From positions 174,592,001 to 174,656,000 of the forward strand of contig OZ024743.1 in assembly GCA_964016885.1 (NCBI GenBank): a stretch of 64,000 nt of DNA, given 5' to 3'. Made by a program: the position numbers and the translations under genes. Shown in pieces: positions 55,301 to 64,000 of this stretch. The notes beneath the pieces were generated by a model. That model saw only the letters and a list, made by a program, of their open reading frames with translations, made no database searches and had not been told where the DNA came from. Within the stretch, counting starts at the first letter, position 1; each line of letters starts with the position of its first letter. This DNA is from Eledone cirrhosa. Taxonomy: Eukaryota.

Positions 55301-58300
55301 TGTACCTGTTATATAGGATGTAGGTAGTGTTTGATATACTGTACCTGTTATATAGGATGTAGGTAGTCTTTGATATACTGTACCTGTTATATATGATGTA
55401 GGTAGTCTTTGATATACTGTACCTGTTACATAGGATGTAGGTAGTCTTTGATATACTGTACCTGTTATATAGGATGTATGTAGTCTTTGGTATACTGTAC
55501 CTGTTACATAGGATGTAGGTAGTCTTTGATATACTGTACCTGTTATATAGGATGTAGGTAGTCTTTGATATACTGTACCTGTTATATAGGATGTAAGTAG
55601 TCTTTGATATACTGTACCTGTTATATAGGATGTACGTAGTCTTTGATATGCTGTACCTGTTATATGAGATGTAGGAAGTCTTTGATATACTCTACCTGTT
55701 ATATAGGATGTAGGTAGTCTTTGATATACTGTACCTGTTATATAGGATGTAGGAATTTTTTGATATACTGTACCTGTTATATAGGATGTAGGTAGTCTTT
55801 GATATACTGTACCTGTTATATAGGATGTAGGTAGTCTTTGATATACTGTACCTGTTATATAGGATGTAGGTAGTCTTTGATATACTGTACCTGTTATATA
55901 GGATGTAGGTAGTCTTTGAAATACTGTACCTATTATATGAGATGTAGGAAGTCTTTGATATACTGTACCTGTTATATAGGATGTAGGTAGTCTTTGATAT
56001 ACTGTACCTGTCATATAGGATGTAGGTAGTCTTTGATATACTGTACATGTTAAATAGGATGTAAGTAGTCGTTGATATACTGTACCTGTTATATAGGATG
56101 TAGGTAGTCTTTGATATACTGTACCTGTTATATAGGATGTAGGTAGTCTTTGATATACTGTACCTGTTATATAGGATGTAGGTAGTCTTTGATATACTGT
56201 ACCTGTTATATAGGATGTAGGTAGTCTTTGATATACTGTACCTGTTATATAGGATGTACGTAGTCTTTGATATACTGTACCTGTTATATGAGATGTAGGA
56301 AGTCTTTGATATACTCTACCTGTTATATAGGATGTAGGTAGTCTTTGATATACTGTACCTGTTATATAGGATGTAGGTAGTCTTTGATATACTGTACCTG
56401 TTATATAGGATGTAGGTAGTCTTTGATATACTGTACCTGTTATATAGGATGTAGGTAGTCTTTGATATACTGTACCTGTTATATAGGATGTAGGTAGTCT
56501 TTGATATACTGTACCTGTTATATAGGATGTAGGTAGTCTTTGATATACTGTACCTGTTATATAGGATGTAGGTAGTCTTTGATATACTGTACCTGTTATA
56601 TAGGATGTACGTAGTCTTTGATATACTCTACCTGTTATATGAGATGTAGGAAGTCTTTGATATACTCTACCTGTTATATAGGATGTAGGTAGTCTTTGAT
56701 ATACTGTACCTGTTATATAGGATGTAGGTAGTCTTTGATATACTGTACCTGTTATATAGGATGTAGGTAGTCTTTGATATACTGTACCTGTTATATAGGA
56801 TGTAGGTAGTCTTTGATATACTGTACCTGTTATATAGGATGTAGGTAGTCTTTGATATACTGTACCTGTTATATAGGATGTAGGTAGTCTTTGAAATACT
56901 GTACTTATTATATGAGATGTAGGAAGTCTTTGATATACTGTACCTGTTATATAGAATGTATGTAGTCTTTGGTATACCGTACCTGTTACATAGGATGTAG
57001 GTAGTCTTTGATATACTGTACCTGTTATATAGGATGTAGGTAGTCTTTGATATACTGTACCTGTTATATAGGATGTAGGTAGTCTTTGATATACTGTACC
57101 TATTATATAGGATGTAGGTAGTCTTTGATATACTGTACCTGTTATATAGGATGTAGGTAGTCTTTGATATACTGTACCTGTTATATAGGATGTAGGTAGT
57201 CTTTGATATACTGTACCTGTTATATAGGATGTAGGTAGTCTTTGATATACTGTACCTGTTACATAGGATGTAGGTAGTCTTTGATATACTGTACCTGTTA
57301 TATAGGATGTAGGTAGTCTTTGATATACTGTACCTGTTATATAGGATGTAGGTAGTCTTTGATATACTGTACCTGTTATATAGGATGTAGGTAGTCTTTG
57401 ATATACTGTACCTGTTATATAGGATGTAGGTAGTCTTTGATATACTGTACCTATTATATGAGATGTAGGAAGTCTTTGATATACTGTACCTGTTATATAG
57501 GATGTAGGTAGTCTTTGATATACTGTACCTGTTATACAGGATGTAGGTAGTCTTTGATATACTGTACCTGTTAAATAGGATGTAGGTAGTCTTTGATATA
57601 CTGTACCTGTTATATAGGATGTAGGTAGTCTTTGATATACTGTACCTGTTATATAGGATGTAGGTAGTCTTTGATATACTGTACCTGTTATATAGGATGT
57701 AGGTAGTCTTTGATATACTGTACCTGTTATATATGATGTAGGTAGTCTTTGATATACTGTACCTGTTATATAGGATGTATGTAGTCTTTGATATACTGTA
57801 CCTGTTATATAGGATGTAGGTAGTCTTTGATATACTGTACCTGTTATATAGGATGTAGGTAGTGTTTGATATACTGTACCTGTTATATAGGATGTAGGTA
57901 GTCTTTGATATACTGTAACTATTATATAGGATGTAGGTAGTCTTTGATATACTGTACCTGCTATATAGGATGTAGGTAGTCTTTGATATACTGTACCTGT
58001 TATATAGGATGTAGGTAGTCTTTGATATACTGTACCTGTTACATAGGATGTAGGTAGTCTTTGATATACTGTACCTGTTATATAGGATGTATGTAGTCTT
58101 TGGTATACTGTACCTGTTACATAGGATGTAGGCAGTCTTTGATATACTGTACCTGTTATATAGGATGTAGGTAGTCTTTGATATACTGTACCTGTTATAT
58201 AGGATGTAGGTAGTCTTTGATATACTGTACCTGTTATATAGGATGTAGGTAGTCTTTGATATACTGTACCTGTTATATAGGATGTAGGTAGTCTTTGATA

Positions 58301-61300
58301 TACTGTACCTGTTATATAGGATGTAGGTAGTCTTTGATATACTGTACCTGTTATATAGGATGTAGGTAGTGTTTGATATACTGTACCTGTTATATAGGAT
58401 GTAGGTAGTCTTTGATATACTGTACCTGTTATATATGATGTAGGTAGTCTTTGATATACTGTACCTGTTACATAGGATGTAGGTAGTCTTTGATATACTG
58501 TACCTGTTATATAGGATGTATGTAGTCTTTGGTATACTGTACCTGTTACATAGGATGTAGGTAGTCTTTGATATACTGTACCTGTTATATAGGATGTAGG
58601 TAGTCTTTGATATACTGTACCTGTTATATAGGATGTAAGTAGTCTTTGATATACTGTACCTGTTATATAGGATGTACGTAGTCTTTGATATGCTGTACCT
58701 GTTATATGAGATGTAGGAAGTCTTTGATATACTCTACCTGTTATATAGGATGTAGGTAGTCTTTGATATACTGTACCTGTTATATAGGATGTAGGAATTT
58801 TTTGATATACTGTACCTGTTATATAGGATGTAGGTAGTCTTTGATATACTGTACCTGTTATATAGGATGTAGGTAGTCTTTGATATACTGTACCTGTTAT
58901 ATAGGATGTAGGTAGTCTTTGATATACTGTACCTGTTATATAGGATGTAGGTAGTCTTTGAAATACTGTACCTATTATATGAGATGTAGGAAGTCTTTGA
59001 TATACTGTACCTGTTATATAGGATGTAGGTAGTCTTTGATATACTGTACCTGTCATATAGGATGTAGGTAGTCTTTGATATACTGTACATGTTAAATAGG
59101 ATGTAAGTAGTCGTTGATATACTGTAGCTGTTATATAGGATGTAGGTAGTCTTTGATATACTGTACCTGTTATATAGGATGTAGGTAGTCTTTGATATAC
59201 TGTACCTGTTATATAGGATGTAGGTAGTCTTTGATATACTGTACCTGTTATATAGGATGTAGGTAGTCTTTGATATACTGTACCTGTTATATAGGATGTA
59301 GGTAGTCTTTGAAATACTGTACCTATTATATGAGATGTAGGAAGTCTTTGATATACTGTACCTGTTATATAGGATGTAGGTAGTCTTTGATATACTGTAC
59401 ATGTTAAATAGGATGTAGGTAGTCTTTGATATACTGTACCTGTTATATAGGATGTAGGTAGTCTTTGATATACTGTACCTGTTATATAGGATGTAGGTAG
59501 TCTTTGATATACTGTACCTGTTGTATAGGATCTAGGTAGTGTTTGATATACTGTACCTGTTATATAGGATGTAGGTAGTCTTTGATATACTGTACCTGTT
59601 ATATATGATGTAGGTAGTCTTTGATATACTGTACCTGTTACATAGGATGTAGGTAGTCTTTGATATACTGTACCTGTTATATAGGATGTATGTAGTCTTT
59701 GGTATACTGTACCTGTTACATAGGATGTAGGTAGTCTTTGATATACTGTACCTGTTATATAGGATGTAGGTAGTTTTGATATACTGTACCTGTTATATAG
59801 GATGTAGGTAGTCTTTGATATACTGTACCTTTTATATAGGATGTAGGTAGTCTTTGATATACTGTACCTGTTATATAGGATGTAGGTAGTCTTTGAAATA
59901 CTGTACCTATTATATGAGATGTAGGAAGTCTTTGATATACTGTACCTGTTATATAGGATGTAGGTAGTCTTTGATATACTGTACCTGTTAAATAGGATGT
60001 AGGTAGTCTTTGATATACTGTACCTGTTATATAGGATGTAGGTAGTCTTTGATATACTGTACCTGTTACATAGGATGTAGGTAGTCTTTGATATACTGTA
60101 CCTGTTATATAGGATGTAGGTAGTCTTTGATATACTGTACCTGTTATATAGGATGTAGGTAGTGTTTGATATACTGTACCTGTTACATAGGATGTATATA
60201 GTCTTTGATATACTGTACCTGTTATATAGGATGTAGGTAGTCTTTGATATACTGTACCTGTTATATAGGATCTAGGTAGTCTTTGATATACTGTACCTGT
60301 TATATAGGATGTAGGTAGTCTTTGATATACTGTACCTGTTATATAGGATGTAGGTAGTCTTTGATATACTGTACCTGTTACATAGGATGTAGGTAGTCTT
60401 TGATATACTGTACCTGTTATATATGATGTAGGTAGTCTTTGATATACTGTACCTGTTATATAGTATGTAGGTAGTCTTTGATATACTGTACCTGTTATAT
60501 AGGATGTAGGTAGTCTTTGATATACTGTACCTGTTATATAGGATGTAGGTAGTCTTTGATATACTGTACCTGTTATATAGGATGTAGGTAGTCTTTGATA
60601 TACTGTACCTGTTATATAGGATGTAGGTAGTCTTTGATATACTGTACCTGTTATATAGGATGTACGTAGTCTTTGATATACTGTACCTGTTATATGAGAT
60701 GTAGGAAGTCTTTGATATACTCTACCTGTTATATAGGATGTAGGTAGTCTTTGATATACTGTACCTGTTATATAGGATGTAGGTAGTCTTTGATATACTG
60801 TACCTGTTATATAGGATGTAGGTAGTCTCTGATATACTGTACCTGTTATATAGGATGTAGGTAGTCTTTGATATACTGTACCTGTTATATAGGATGTAGG
60901 TAGTCTTTGATATACTGTACCTGTTATATAGGATGTAGGTAGTCTTTGATATACTGTACCTGTTATATAGGATGTGGGTAGTCTTTGATATACTGTACCT
61001 GTTATATAGGATGTACGTTGTCTTTGATATACTCTACCTGTTATATGAGATGTAGGAAGTCTTTGATATACTCTACCTGTTATATAGGATGTAGGTAGTC
61101 TTTGATATACTGTACCTGTTATATAGGATGTAGGTAGTCTTTGATATACTGTACCTGTTATATAGGATGTAGGTAGTCTTTGATATACTGTACCTGTTAT
61201 ATAGGATGTAGGTAGTCTTTGATATACTGTACCTGTTATATAGGATGTAGGTAGTCTTTGATATACTGTACCTGTTATATAGGATGTAGGTAGTCTTTGA

Positions 61301-64000
61301 AATACTGTACTTATTATATGAGATGTAGGAAGTCTTTGATATACTGTACCTGTTATATAGAATGTATGTAGTCTTTGGTATACCGTACCTGTTACATAGG
61401 ATGTAGGTAGTCTTTGATATACTGTACCTGTTATATAGGATGTAGGTAGTCTTTGATATACTGTACCTGTTATATAGGATGTAGGTAGTCTTTGATATAC
61501 TGTACCTATTATATAGGATGTAGGTAGTCTTTGATATACTGTACCTGTTATATAGGATGTAGGTAGTCTTTGATATACTGTACCTGTTATATAGGATGTA
61601 GGTAGTCTTTGATATACTGTACCTGTTATATAGGATGTAGGTAGTCTTTGATATACTGTACCTGTTACATAGGATGTAGGTAGTCTTTGATATACTGTAC
61701 CTGTTATATAGGATGTAGGTAGTCTTTGATATACTGTACCTGTTATATAGGATGTAGGTAGTCTTTGATATACTGTACCTGTTATATAGGATGTAGGTAG
61801 TCTTTGATATACTGTACTTGTTATATAGGATGTAGGTAGTCTTTGATATACTGTACCTATTATATGAGATGTAGGAAGTCTTTGATATACTGTACCTGTT
61901 ATATAGGATGTAGGTAGTCTTTGATATACTGTACCTGTTATACAGGATGTAGGTAGTCTTTGATATACTGTACCTGTTAAATAGGATGTAGGTAGTCTTT
62001 GATATACTGTACCTGTTATATAGGATGTAGGTAGTCTTTGATATACTGTACCTGTTATATAGGATGTAGGTAGTCTTTGATATACTGTACCTGTTATATA
62101 GGATGTAGGTAGTCTTTGATATACTGTACCTGTTATATATGATGTAGGTAGTCTTTGATATACTGTACCTGTTATATAGGATGTATGTAGTCTTTGATAT
62201 ACTGTACCTGTTATATAGGATGTAGGTAGTCTTTGATATACTGTACCTGTTATATAGGATGTAGGTAGTCTTTGATATACCGTACCTGTTATATAGGATG
62301 TAGGTAGTCTTTGATATACTGTACCTGTTATATAGGATGTAGGTAGTCTTTGATATACTGTACCTGTTATATAGGTTGTAGGTAGTGTTTGATATACTGT
62401 ACCTGTTACATAGGATGTATGTAGTCTTTGATATACTGTACCTGTTATATAGGATGTAGGTAGTCTTTGATATACTGTACCTGTTATATAGGATGTAGGT
62501 AGTCTTTGATATACTGTACCTGTTATATAGGATGTAGGTAGTGTTTGATATACTGTACCTGTTATATAGGATGTAGGTAGTCTTTGATATACTGTACATG
62601 TTATATAGGATGTAGGTAGTCTTTGATATACTGTACCTGTTATATAGGATGTAGGTAGTCTTTGATATACTGTACCTGTTATATAGGATGTAGGTAGTCT
62701 TTGATATACTGTACCTATTATATGAGATGTAGGAAGTCTTTGATATACTCTACCTGTTATATAGGATGTAGGTAGTCTTTGATATACTGTACCTGTTATA
62801 CAGGATGTAGGTAGTCTTTGATATACTGTACCTGTTAAATAGGATGTAGGTAGTCTTTGATATACTGTACCTGTTATATAGGATGTAGGTAGTCTTTGAT
62901 ATACTGTACCTGTTATATAGGATGTAGGTAGTCTTTGATATACTGTACCTGTTATATAGGATGTAGGTAGTCTTTGATATACTGTACCTGTTATATATGA
63001 TGTAGGTAGTCTTTGATATACTGTACCTGTTATATAGGATGTATGTAGTCTTTGATATACTGTACCTGTTATATAGGATGTAGGTAGTCTTTGATATACT
63101 GTACCTGTTATATAAGATGTAGGTAGTCTTTGATATACTGTACCTGTTATATAGGATGTAGGTAGTCTTTGATATACTGTACCTGTTATATAGGATGTAG
63201 GTAGTCTTTGATATACTGTACCTGTTATATAGGTTGTAGGTAGTGTTTGATATACTGTACCTGTTACATAGGATGCATGTAGTCTTTGATATACTGTACC
63301 TGTTATATAGGATGTAGGTAGTCTTTGATATACTGTACCTGTTATATAGGATGTAGGTAGTCTTTGATATACTGTACCTGTTATATAGGATGTAGGTAGT
63401 CTTTGATATACTGTACCTGTTATATAGGATGTAGGTAGTCTTTGAAATACTGTACCTATTATATGAGATGTAGGAAGTCTTTGATATACTGTACCTGTTA
63501 TATAGGATGTAGGTAGTCTTTGATATACTGTACCTGTCATATAGGATGTAGGTAGTCTTTGATATACTGTACATGTTAAATAGGATGTAAGTAGTCGTTG
63601 ATATACTGTAGCTGTTATATAGGATGTAGGTAGTCTTTGATATACTGTACCTGTTATATAGGATGTAGGTAGTCTTTGATATACTGTACCTGTTATATAG
63701 GATGTAGGTAGTCTTTGATATACTGTACCTGTTATATAGGATGTAGGTAGTCTTTGATATACTGTACCTGTTATATATGATGTAGGTAGTCTTTGATATA
63801 CTGTACCTGTTACATAGGATGTAGGTAGTCTTTGATATACTGTACCTGTTATATAGGATGTATGTAGTCTTTGGTATACTGTACCTGTTACATAGGATGT
63901 AGGTAGTCTTTGATATACTGTACCTGTTATATAGGATGTAGGTAGTTTTGATATACTGTACCTGTTATATAGGATGTAGGTAGTCTTTGATATACTGTAC
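52340..64000. repeat. Right-hand domain with irregular higher-order periods (72, 78, 107, 113, 185 and 22 monomers)
   Basis: The TACTTATT/TAGAATG/TACCGTA block is at 54097, 56905 (+2808) and 61311 (+4406). delC29 is at 52560, 59774 (+7214) and 63946 (+4172). 55692 to 58734 is 3042 bp. GGTTGTAGG at 62376 and 63234 is 858 bp apart. Confidence 0.85.

Larger units (their letters stand above)
1..64000. repeat. 39-bp tandem satellite array, ~1,641 monomers, single orientation, truncated at both window edges
   Basis: Consensus TGTACCTGTTATATAGGATGTAGGTAGTCTTTGATATAC recurs every 39 bp (units at 1, 781, 1561 ... 12481 are in exact register). The register shifts only at 1-bp indels near 12976, 15666, 35620, 52560, 59774 and 63946. 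Most monomers are identical to consensus or carry a few substitutions. Confidence 0.99.

Noticed and set aside
35619-63540. Giant ORFs of 5572, 2171 and 1261 aa, (VYQRLPTSYITGT)n, as CDS features
   Set aside because: Starts and ends are set by point variants and 1-bp indels within the satellite, and there are no non-repetitive termini. Kept only as a low-interest finding.
704-63574. ORF-track proteins of the form (YSISKTTYILYNR)n
   Set aside because: They are translations of the monomer. The ATG comes from variant C6A and the stops from G2C, G2T or the TA>AT swap. There is no unique domain, signal peptide or flanking gene context, and they overlap an equally open second frame.
1-64000. CRISPR array
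   Set aside because: The repeat length is CRISPR-like, but units are directly head-to-tail with no unique spacers, leader or cas genes.
1-64000. Variant order as an encoded message, or as a diversity-generating or phase-variation cassette
   Set aside because: The patterns are fully explained by block duplication and recombination. No reverse transcriptase, recombinase or expression site is present, and I see no adenine-specific mutation bias.
1-64000. Synthetic concatemer or rolling-circle/sequencing artefact as the origin of the whole array
   Set aside because: Shared linked variants in nested hierarchies indicate inherited mutations rather than random errors on a single template. Individual block copy numbers could still be misassembled.

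Overview
The whole 64 kb window is one uninterrupted, head-to-tail satellite array of a 39-bp monomer, consensus TGTACCTGTTATATAGGATGTAGGTAGTCTTTGATATAC. It holds about 1,641 copies, is 33% GC, is G/T-rich on the + strand, has no CpG in the consensus, and runs off both edges. I see no unique sequence, spacer, inversion, transposon, RNA gene or credible protein-coding gene. Every ORF in the track is a translation of the monomer: 39 is divisible by 3 and two minus-strand frames are stop-free. The information is in the point variants, which fall into recurring linked haplotypes. These define nested higher-order repeats of 9, 10, 13, 22, 30, 34, 53, 59, 69, 70, 72, ~150 and 185 monomers. They also reveal an ~8.9 kb duplication 32.7 kb apart, a switch between two variant domains near 47-48 kb, and a 1.4 kb island of right-domain sequence inside the left domain. 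The 39-bp register is broken only six times: five copies of one ancestral 1-bp deletion and one private 1-bp insertion. The organism and function (centromeric, subtelomeric or neutral satellite) cannot be determined from the window. I found no evidence for a novel gene system. Variant names such as G23T use positions 1-39 of the consensus above.
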